A DNA stretch of 40,082 bases from Priapulus caudatus. Its lineage: Eukaryota. The notes under the pieces were generated by a model, which was not told where the DNA came from, did not search any database, and worked only from the letters and a program-made list of their open reading frames with translations. Position 1 is the stretch's first letter, and each line of letters opens with the position of its first letter. The position numbers were made by a program, and so were the translations under genes. The stretch lies in contig NW_014577078.1 of the NCBI RefSeq assembly GCF_000485595.1, positions 733,867 to 773,948 on the forward strand. Direction: 5' to 3'. Positions 11,771 to 22,600 of this stretch are shown piece by piece.

Positions 11771-12061
11771 AAAAAACACATATATATATATATAGGGCCT
11801 ATATATATATTATCGACCAGACCGACCAGATGTCGACAACCTTTGTCTTGACAAAAAAAGTTCAACAAAAAGATGACCTCTAGATCTGGTGGAGGTTTTA
11901 ATAAAAAAGTAGCTAAAAGTTTTTAAGTCACAAAAATATTTATTCAATGGTAAATAGTACAAATTTAATAAACATCATCATCAGACACATTAGAATAAAG
12001 AATATATAAATCGTAATTTAAAATATCATTGATTTCTAATGAGTCAGTCACATATATGTAT

Positions 12062-13700
12062 GGCCCAGTCACACATACGCGACGCACAGCCCGCGCATTG
12101 AAAAAAATGGAAAATAAGATCAGTGCGTCGTTGTGCACCCAACTTTTGTCAGGATTTGGGAGAAGCTAGCGAGTTGACAACGAATGCACAGCGTGTTGCT
12201 AGCGCGCTGCGCGTATACAGGGCGCATACAGAGCGTATACAGGGCGCACATGTTAAAAAATCCAACGAATGCACAGCGTGTTGCTAGCGCACGGAACGAA
12301 TGGTCCGCGCATGCACCGCGCATTCAACGCACAGCCAGCGAACGGCAGCGGTCATGCATGCTGTGACAATGAGCTTGACGATCTCGGGCTGCTGTTGCAT
12401 CGTGCTCAGGAGAACTTGGAAACGGTTGGCCAGGATGGCAAGGCATTTTCTGCGACCCTCCTGGCTCGGGAAAGCCGGTAGTTCAAGATGCGCTCCGGCC
12501 GCGTCATACCCCGGAGGCTGTACGGCTTCATCATGTTGGGTAGTAGGGCGAAGGCATCGTCACCGACGAAGAAGTAGGGCACATCCTGGTTGTCGTTGGG
12601 AAAAGGATCGGGATCAGGGAAGCCTATACTACCATCTTCAACGCATTCATTCAGCTCAGAGGCATTGTAGATCTGAGCATCTGATGCTGATCCCATACCG
12701 CCGATGTCTGCCCAGATGAACTTGTAATCAGCATCCACGAGCGCCATGAGGACAACGGAGTAGAATCCTTTGTAGTTGTAGTATAGGGAACCACTGTTTA
12801 GAGGACACTTGCAGTTGACGTGCTTGCCATCAAATGCACCACAGGTATGGGGGAAGTTTCACCTCTCCATGAACTTGTCAGATATGGCACGCCATTCCTC
12901 AGGAGTGGTGGGACACTTCATCACCTCATCCTTGTACTCATCGATGATGGTCTGGCACACTTCTGGGATGAGCAGGGATATGGTGTCGTGAGGCACCCTC
13001 CGCACATAGAACATTGAGTGATACTTGGTCCCAGAGGCAAGATGCCGCAGAGTGAGGGCAAGCTTCAGGCCAGGGTCGAGGGCCTCTCTGTAGCTTGTAT
13101 TCTGCTTGGTGATCCTCGGACCCACTCTTGTTAGCAGCTCGTCGAACATCTCGGGGGGCATCCGCATGAAGTTCTTGAAGGCTGCCTGGTCTTCGTGACG
13201 GAGTTCAACAAGTAGCTGGTCATACAGGCCAAACTGTCGTCGCTTACCGATCCACGGTCGGACCCAGAACCTCCGTTGACCTCTTCTCTTTCTCCTTCTC
13301 CTGATGACATGGACTTGGTGAAGTGCCAGTTTTATGAGGTTCTGCTGATGTTGGAGAACCGCGATTTCGTATTGTAGTCGCAGCCTGTCGGGATCTGTCT
13401 GGCGTCCTTCGGGCGTGTACATTTTATGCGTTGAGCTCCGCGCACATTTTTGTGCATGCACAAAAATCCCGACGCACACAGCGAATGACAACGAATGCAT
13501 AGCGTTGGTCCAGCGCGCTCGACGAACGAGTAACGAATTCTGACGCACACCCAGCGAAAGACAACTCGGTGGCCAAAATTGCTAATTCAGTGCGCGGGCC
13601 GCGCTGCACGCTATGCACACTTACACATAAATATAGAGCGCATAATGTAAGTGTGCATAGCGTGCAGCGGCGCAGCAGCGTAGCAGCGTGCATTCGGCGG
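12062..13700 (-). mobile_element. PIF/Harbinger DNA transposon, internally deleted, second TIR not found
   Basis: Harbinger-type terminus GGCCCAGTCACAC at 12062, subterminal repeats (AACGAATGCACAGCGTGTTGCTAGCGC) and a transposase remnant; right boundary approximate. Confidence 0.8.
12352..13422 (-). pseudogene. Harbinger/HARBI1-like DDE transposase (DDE_Tnp_4 family) pseudogene
   Basis: Motifs RRFWVRPW, FKNFMRM...[70 protein letters not shown]; in-frame TGA at 12859-12861, frameshift near 12440, truncated after IVTACM. Confidence 0.93.
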
Positions 13701-14739
13701 GCGTGTGTTTGCTGTCATTGGAGCATTTGCAGCACGGCTTGTCGGCAATAATGCTAGGTAAAGGAGAGTAGAGAAACATTAAGACTTTGGTAGTTAATAG
13801 ATTTCGTATTTATTTAGCATTATATTTTATTGAAACGCTTCAAGTGCCTGTGCCCACACACTCCCGCGCGCGTGCGCACACAAACACGCGCTCACGCACA
13901 TGCTTCACCAGAAATTCATCTAATAATCCTACTTCGTTGGCATGTGAAACCTGTTACATTTGCAGCGTAAACGCAGTATTCAGTAATATAATAAACCTTA
14001 TATCGTGTTCAGTTTTAGATTTGAGAATGAGTATTGGCTATATTAAGTTAGCGGGTGCGATATATCCACGCTAATGGCGACCATGAAGCTTCACAGGGAC
14101 GTATATATAACGCTCGAAACGTAAAAGTTCGATTGACATTTATCTGAGTCGTATCTACGTACCTCCTTAATTTCTGATCGCAAGGATTAATTCTCAATCA
14201 AATCAATGTTCAACCCAAATCAATTATTAAATCAATGATCTCATGAATCAATGACTACAATAATTCTCAATGATGATGTCCACAATGATTGACAATGAGA
14301 CCATTCCCCTTCCTCAAGCAGAAGAGAGTGGTAATCAGAAGTAAGTATGTTATACCGGTTGAGCACCGGTTTTCCGGTACCCTCGGGACAGGGTCTCGCG
14401 GTACCATTCCATCGAACTATAGCAGTATAGGTATATTAATTAATGACCTTCAATTCTTCCCTAGATGAGCCACAATCAATCTAAGCACTAGTCTTCTAGA
14501 AATACAAGTACCATACATTACAGGCCCGTAGCCAGGGGGGTTCGAGAAGGGTTGCACGAACCCCCCCCCCCCCCGAGTAAAAAAAAAAAAGAAAAGAAAA
14601 AAAGAAAAAAAAGCCCCCAGGGGGGGTTCGCGCCGGCCGTCAAACATGGCAGATCTTGATCTTCTTGATCTTGATTGTGTACTGCGTCGACCGCGTATAC
14701 GCGTATTATGACGCAGGTGGTTGGGCATGGTGAAATTAG

Positions 14740-15257
14740 CCCGGGGGGGGGGGTCACTATATATGCCCGGTATTAACCCCATGTGCGTTCCAAATTTGCG
14801 GCGTTAGGGGGGTGTTTTTTCAACTTCTAAAGCGGGCCCGCGCGCGCGAGCAAATAGGCCCCCTTTACAAAGCTAATCCCGCAATAAGCCCTCGAGATCG
14901 TTCAAGTCAAGCACCGCGCCCGCAGTAGGCCCCCTCACGGGCCCCCTCCATTCCCTCCACTCTTTGCCCTCCACTTGTCTGCAAGACCTCGCAATAAATC
15001 AAATTCAAATTCAAATTCAAATTCAAATTCAATTCAAGACCTCGCAATAGGGGGTAGGGGTCCGGGTAGGACTCTTTCATTGTGTATGCAATAGGGGGTG
15101 GGATATTTTCATTGTGTATGCAATAGGAGGTGATATTCTTCAATTGTGTCTGCAATAGGGGGTAGGGTTTCCCAATGTGCAGTTCGCACTAGGGAGCCTA
15201 TTATTTTTAGTGAGAACGCACATGGGGTAATACCGGCATATATAATGACCCCCCAGA
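14740..15257. mobile_element. MITE nested in the hAT element
   Basis: ~50-bp TIRs (GGGGTCACTATATATGCCCGGTATTAACCCCATGTGCGTTC and its inverse); GAAATTAG direct repeat at 14732-14739 and 15258-15265. Confidence 0.8.
14997..15034 (-). mobile_element. (TTTGAA)n tail-only insertion with 15-bp TSD, likely an extremely 5'-truncated non-LTR retroelement
   Basis: CAAGACCTCGCAATA at 14982-14996 and 15035-15049 flanks only (AAATTC)n. Confidence 0.6.
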
Positions 15258-16271
15258 GAAATTAGGCGCTTCCGGCTGCGACCGCGACACAGATGGCGTC
15301 GATTACGGTCTGAAGACTGTAATGCTGTGCATTTTTCACTTCAGACTGCTCAGGAAGAGGAGGGGCGTAGAAAAGACCACATAGTCGAAGATATTTTCAC
15401 TGAATAGGTGTTTTTTTCTTTCTTTTTCCATTTAAAAATTTGCAAGAATTTCACCTCAGGTATGCACCAGATCGCTCCATTTTAGTGTAATAATTGCAAA
15501 ATCTCCATCGTGCGGGAGGGGGGCCACCGCCCTCCCACACCCTCCCCCCGCTCGGTCGCTATATGCTCCTTCGCTCGGTCGCTTCCCGCGCCCTCATAAA
15601 TTTGCAACATTTAAAAACGAACCCCCCCCCCAATATAAAGCTGGCTACGGGCCTGATACAATACAATCAATACAATATCATTAACATATATATAGACGTG
15701 TAGAAATGTATAATGTATGTAATGTATGTCATTTGGAACGCATAATTACGGTTCCATGTGAGAGCCGAAAGAGAGTCACCGAGAATATATTTAGTTGTCA
15801 ATTTTTTTAATTAAAATGAGTTAATTCCACCACGTTAGACTGTGCGCGTACCATATGCGATTCCGGCATATTATTGGCGAAAAAATCGTTAACAACTTAA
15901 GCTGTATTACTGTTTTAACTCTTAAATAGACAACATAAAATTAAGTCTTTGATAAAATCCAATGATCTCCATATAATATTGAGATCAATGGAAAAAATCT
16001 CTTCTGCCGAAAGCCACTTGTTGATTGTTATGGTATCACGTGATCATCTGTGATGGCGGTATGTTCATTTTCAGGTTGATCGTAAAATGTTATTAAATTT
16101 GTTTTGAACATATTAAAGATAAATAAATGTCGAAAAAATATCGGAATATTAGTTATCAATGTACATGTATTGTAGATATTGTGTTTACTCCATTTTATTT
16201 CTGGCATGGCTTTGCCACACGAACGGAATCTGCTTGCTTGAACTTGTGCTTGCACAGCCGGCCTGTCAGTG

Positions 16272-16483
16272 GGGTGATACTCCGGAAATTAGGAGTGTTC
16301 CCAACTTTAATGTCATTAATGGTCATTATATATATATATATATATATCATTACATGGTCATGGTCATATATTAGTTTGTGGTTTAATGTCATTTAGGTTA
16401 GGGTTAGGGTTAGGATTATCAATAATTAATCATTAATCATTAATGATATCAAAGTTGGGAACACTCCTAATGGAGCGTTAGCC
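16272..16483. mobile_element. MITE with internal TTAGGG repeats
   Basis: Inverted arms ATTAGGAGTGTTCCCAACTTT(A/G)AT...; TGTCAGTG direct repeat on both sides; TTAGG/TTAGGG at 16393-16414. Confidence 0.7.
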
Positions 16484-16493
16484 TGTCAGTGTC

Positions 16494-16560
16494 GCTGAGA
16501 GGGTCTATGTCCCCCGGGGTACTGCCGGAACGTACCCTGGGGGACATAGACCCTATGAGC
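16494..16560. mobile_element. 67-bp MULE/MuDR-type MITE, deletion derivative of the 25277 element
   Basis: TIR core AGGGTCTATGTC; 9-bp TSD GTCAGTGTC at 16485-16493 and 16561-16569. Confidence 0.8.
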
Positions 16561-16648
16561 GTCAGTGTCAGGCTAGCATTTTTTTATGCTAGCGTTTATG
16601 CTATCGTAAAACTATTAACTACTCTATATGTTTATATAGAGCTCCGTG

Positions 16649-19600
16649 ATGGCTTCTTTGGCAAGCAGTATGGAGCGCCAAGCTGGTCAGCTTACAAACA
16701 CAAGTTCGAGTGACAGTGTCAGTGGCAAGATGCAGATATCCTGTGAGCAAACAGAAATCAACAGCTCTTTTCCAAAAAGATCGACTGAAGCAGGTGAGGC
16801 ACATGATGTCAGCAGACTCAAAACAGGTAGGGGCCTATACAGTAATACATCTGGGCAGCCACTGCACTATCGTAAATAGTATCGTTCCATTTTTACAATT
16901 ATAATATGTCTAATTGTGATATATGTTAACATTGTTGTATTATATTATAGTATTTCTTACTGTTCTTTGTGTACTGGACATTGGCGTGTCTATTGACGTC
17001 TCATATTGATAGGTATATACTCAGTCGCATATATTCTTCTTCATATTATGTTGGTAGTTAGCTCTAGAACTATAGCCCGCGTACAGTTGCCGCAGGCCTG
17101 CAGCAACTGTACGTGGGCTATAGTACTAGAGCTAGTTGGTAGTATGGTGATTAATATGGATAACGGTTTATATTGCAGAGGAAGATTTGATTGACAGCGT
17201 TTTTCTGATGTGTGATGTCAAAAAAGAGGGAGAAGTGGATGTCTCTATGCTGTTAGAGCGTATTCGGGAAATAGTGGCATCTGAACATGAGGTGCGCGCA
17301 CGCAACATATAACCCATGGCTGACTGATCTAGTCATCACATCAAGAGCGTATTAAGTATGCTTATAAGCATACTTAAAACGCTCTTGATCACATATACAG
17401 GGTGCAAAATTAACAGGAGTCCGGAGTCAAATACTCCCTGATTTACTGTCGGACTCCCTGATTTGACATATGAAGGAGTCCGTGTGACTCTCTGAAAATT
17501 CTGCCATTCTAACTAGTTCGTTCCGGAGCACGGCCTCGCGGAATTACCGTATTTTTTCAGTAAAATTTGGCAGACGTGCAACCGCATGAATGTTAAAAAT
17601 AAGCACATGCGTTATTGTTAATATCTTTAATTTTGAACTTCAGACTGCGGACTCCCTCTTTTTGAGGGTAGGGAGTCCGTTGGATTCCCGTGTTCAAAAG
17701 TTGATTTCTACCCCTGCATATACATGGAAATATTATCATGTATTCGCATCGTCAGTATTACTGCGTCACTTGTGTGCTAAACCAATACTTGGTCACTGCG
17801 GAATTTTGATGAAACCAATAATCTACTAATTACAGGTGAAGTTGCTCTTTCTTACCCCAACTATCTATTTTTGTGTCTGTTTCTCATGCTGCTTGTCTGT
17901 CTGCATGTCTGTCTGTCTGCATGTCTGTCTGTCTGTCGGTCTATCTGTTTATTTATCTATTTATCTATATAACATCTATCTATTAGCTTGACCAGACAGT
18001 CTTTAGTGCTTTTACTATGGTTTATTAGGGATTTTTTTGCAGCAAGTATTTGCTGCCAACATTGAGAGCAGGCAGCAAACTGCCTCTTGTATGCAGCAAA
18101 CCTGCTGCTTGCTGCCCTTTTTTCGAATCCTGTATATATATATATATATATATACTAACTATCTGTCTCACTCTGTGCCTCCTCTTCTCCCTCCCTCTCT
18201 TTTTCCATTTCTCTCCCCTCCCCCCTCTCTCTCTTCCACTCCTCTCCCTCTTATACTTGCATGGCTATAAATCTGTTATTCATTTAGAGAATTAGTTATG
18301 TACGTCAGTGTGACCAAATTGTTTCTTACCCTTCCTGCTTTCAGAATTCAGGAGAGCTGCATAAGCTGCGAGGAATTCTTCATGCATACTGTGTCAACAA
18401 TAAAATTAGCATGTCTAATTACAAGTCTGGCATCAAACACTGGATACAACAACAAAGAATGAGGTACATAGGCTCGTGCAATTTTGTCAGTGATAGAATC
18501 AGTAACTATGGTGAAATTATAAGTAGTAAAAATAGTAATTATAAATTATAAAAATCTATTTTGGTTAGATTATATATGCCCATAGGTAATCAGGATCAAG
18601 AGAGTTAATAAAAGCAGAAATCGATCAAATAGATGACAAAATATAGTATACTACTGACAGCGTGATGGGTTTCTATCTTTGCTATTTTATAAGTCTATTT
18701 TTACATTCAGTTATAGTTGTGACGATGTGGGCAACATCTCTCAAGGTAAGTACCTGTACAAATTTACATTATTATATCTAATATAAACGTGAAAGAAATG
18801 TTTTAATTATGCATAATTTAGAGATGTAATGCATTATACACTTTGCGTAAGCTCGGTATTAAATCGAAAATACAAAGCTGATACCAATCTTGCATAATTA
18901 TATACAGAGTGCAGTTTTTCACGAAAAGTTCAATTATTTGATTTGACTCTATGGTTATTGCTGAGGTTTTTACTTACATGTATTTTTCCTTTTCCCGGTA
19001 TAACAGTGTTGCCACCAGATATGCACAACATTACTTATGGCTCAATTGAAGACTGTGCTGAAGATAAACATAGGTATGATGGCATGAGGGATTACGCTGA
19101 GGAGCCCATTTCGCTGCAATCTTTGCTAGAGAATTATTAGTTTCATCGGCTTATTTCCTGGCATCCAGGCTTACTAAAACATATTTGTGAAGACTTGGAA
19201 TTGAGCACAAACATTACTGGCGAGAGCAGTGTAAAGGTCAATTATGTCTGCCAAGATGTGATAGTGTTTGAAGTCGGTTGTCTTCACCTGAACTTTCGAA
19301 CTTTTTTTCAATATGTTTTTTATGCTGTTCACTAATAACAAATCTTCAGTTGTTTGTAGTTATTATTGTTATTCCTCTTGTTTTGACTGCTGACTAGCTG
19401 GTGTTATATTTCAAAATTGGTGCTGCAATGTTTCTTTAATCTGCTTTTCTGTTCTGCAATTCTTCAAGAGTATAACTTGAACGATATAGTAACGAAGAAC
19501 ATTTCATGAATTATAATTATTCAAACTCCAGTGCGTGAAATTAGCGCTATTTTGCCGGCGGCCGCTGGTTCAACCCCCGATATAATCAGTCCACTTGGCC

Positions 19601-22600
19601 TATTCCAAATTTTGCCTATCTTGCCTTTATATTAACAATATTTACCAATTTCCTGGCTAGTTTTTACTTAGTGACTACTAAGAAGTAAATCACGTCGGCA
19701 ATTCCTGTCAAACAAGTAGAACTCCACTGATAGCAATGAAATACTGAGATACTATGAGTATGCCTAATAAACACACAGCTAATACTTTATTAATAATGAA
19801 ATAAACTGAACAAAATTAAGGGCCTGTTAAAATTGTCTAAGGGCCTGTTTAAAATTTTGGGTGGGCCTGTTCACATTTTGGCTAATTTCATGCCCTGAAA
19901 CTCTGATATTTACCATGGTATTTCACAACATACCTGTGAGTGGTCATCGTATTAACAATTAATGGCATGTAATTATCACCATTCTTTCACAGCTACAACT
20001 CTGATCTTTTGACCAGGAATGCGGACCTAGAGTTTAGCAACGCTAGGCTATCTGAAGTGAATAGTGAGCTGGAAGCTCAAATCACCGCCACGGAACAGAT
20101 CAACGTTATGCTGTCTAACGACTTGGAAGCCGTGAGAGTGCAGTATCAGAGGTTGTATTGGACCAGTGATCTCTCTTCCTTGCACCTTGTATTCTCATTG
20201 AAATACCTCTGGCAACCAGATATCTTGTCATTGGTGTCACTACTGATATCATGTATTTTGTAGCTATTTTATACGAGTCGCGTGCACCGCTCTTGCTCTC
20301 ACGCTCAGAACTTTATCACAGTTCTCAGATGGAACTGGACAAGCAGAAGGCTATCGAAGAAGAGAGTATCATGTATTTTGTAGCTATTTTATACGAGTCG
20401 CGTGCACCACTCTTGCTCTCACGCTCAGAACATTACCACAGTTCTCAGATGGAGCTGGACAAGCAGAAGGTGATCGAAGAAGAGAACCAGGAGCTGAAGG
20501 TGAGGCTGGCCGAGGTCGAGGAGCGGAGGTCGTTGATAGATGCAGAGTTGTATCAGCTGCGCAAGGACGTGTCGACGCTGGAGAAGAACAACAGGAGGCT
20601 ATCTGCAGACGAGCGCAGCACACTCACGTCAAACATGGGAACGACGGGCTGCCTCCCTCGTTCTCATACTGTTCTGACGTGAGTGTGCTGCGCTCGTACG
20701 TCGTTCCCATGTTTGCTGCCTCCCTCGTTCTCCGTATATGTCGTGTTGTTTGCTGCGTTGTTCTCATACTGTTCTGAATGTGTACAAGCTGTTGTGTTGT
20801 TTTCGTGCTCATGCTCATATTATCAGTCCTTGTGTTTTGGAAAAGGCAGGCGAGTGAAAAATCACACACTTTGGCTTGCCGAGGTGTGTGATTTGCATCC
20901 GAGTGCCCACAGGCTACGGGTACGGTAGCCGTATCTTAATGTCTCGAGGCTACGGGTATGGTAGTCCATTTGCGCATGCGCCGCTTTCCCACAAAATAAT
21001 GCCGTTCACTAGCTATTAATTAATCTCCAGCCTAATAATTGAGTTAATTATTAATTAATTAATTAATTAGCTAGCCTACACTAGTTGTTTTGGATTGATT
21101 GTCAGTTCAAATGCAAAATATTGAAAGAAAAAGGTTATACACCATAGACTGTTTATCTCTTTTTACACGCGTATATAAGACTAGCTGCGGGTACCCACCC
21201 GCTGCGCTGGGTAAAATCTTGCTACTAATTCATACTACTAATAATGGGACACAATAGGAACATTGGGTAAAAATCGACAATAACATTGCACACAATATTA
21301 ATATTTAGAAATGAGTGTAATAAGATAATAAGCATGGGAAAAACGAAAAAACTGTTACGTATGACATTTATATGACAGCACAACCGAACTTAGAACCGTT
21401 GGGACATAATAGTAATATGGTGTAAATGAGAAAAAGTTATTATAACAGCATGTAGGAATTGGTTGGACTTTTCATTTGAAAGCCCCTTGATAAAGAATGT
21501 TTTTCGTTTTATTCTCTGGTGCAAATATGTAGAGATTGCTGGCGTCTCCAGCTCTTGCGCTCCCACTTACAGCTGTCCATTGTCAGATCGTACCATGAAT
21601 AAAAGGAATATAGTATAAGGACAAATTTGTCATTATTAGCTGCTCATAGTATAGATAGAGACACGCAGCCATGCACATTGAAATGAAGAAATTTTCCTAC
21701 TGAATCAGAAACTGCATAGCTTTCGAATGGTACAATGCATTCTGAGATCGTAGCATCTGAACTGAACCTCTGAGCTGAATGAGTAGTACCTCTGAACTGG
21801 TGAAACTGGTGCTGGTTGTGGTGTGTTTTAGTATTGGTTTCGGTTTCACAATACCAGCAGCCGGATGAGGTGAGGGAATCGATTTTTCTGTGTGTGGCAG
21901 CGCTGTACAGTGAGTGATGACATTGTGTGAAGATTGACGAATTGACGGGTTTTTCACGGATTTTTGGGTGAGTTTGACGGTTTGACAGGTTTTTTTCATC
22001 TAGGAACACTCCCCGGGTATAACAGATGGCCGATATAAGATAACCGAGTCGGTTTATTGTTAGTGTTAATGTTAGGGTTAGAGTTGAGGTTGGGGTTGGG
22101 GTTGGTGTTAGGGTTAGGGATAGGGTTACTGTTTGTACTTGTGTGTGGGACTGCCGTGTACTCGTAGTATCCATAGCTTCGAGACATTAAGATACGGCAG
22201 CAGCGCATGCGTAGTGTGACTGGCTAACGTACCCGTAGCCTCTGCGAAAATAAAACACGAAGCGAGGTGTGCGTTTTGATCATGCTTAGATGCGCGTTTT
22301 TTCGCACTTCTCCTGATCAATCGAGGCGCGCGATGGCACGCGAGCGCGATCGCGCACCTTAAAACACAAGGACTGTATTATCACCTTTTTTGTTTTTGCT
22401 TTGAAGCTGGATTCTCAGGATAAGGAATTGATGGGATATGACGTTAGCAATGGAAAGTTAAAGGCTGATTTCACAACACTTCAGGTCAGTATAGATATTC
22501 TCATTGATGTGAAAAATCTGGTGGGTGAGGTTAGTTACTTTGTAAATATCATTGAAGCATTTGTATAAAGGTGTATGTTGTGCACTGTATTCACAGGTGG

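Larger units (their letters stand above)
14521..15655. mobile_element. Non-autonomous hAT element
   Basis: 15-bp perfect TIR CAGGCCCGTAGCCAG; 8-bp TSD ATACATTA/ATACAATA. Confidence 0.85.
20824..22375. mobile_element. CAG...CTG TIR element with 6-bp TSD, hosting nested insertions
   Basis: 15-bp TIR CAGTCCTTGTGTTTT; TATTAT at 20818-20823 and 22376-22381. Confidence 0.75.

Noticed and set aside
14269..14340. Candidate upstream first exon of the KASH gene (MMMSTMIDNETIPLPQAEESGNQ, GTAAGT donor)
   Set aside because: The phase-2 donor fits only the unusual GAG acceptor before 16642; possible but unsupported without transcripts.
20611..20695. MITE with 20-bp TIRs
   Set aside because: The right arm is the native splice donor region and the interior is copied from adjacent intron, so a templated repair insertion explains it better.
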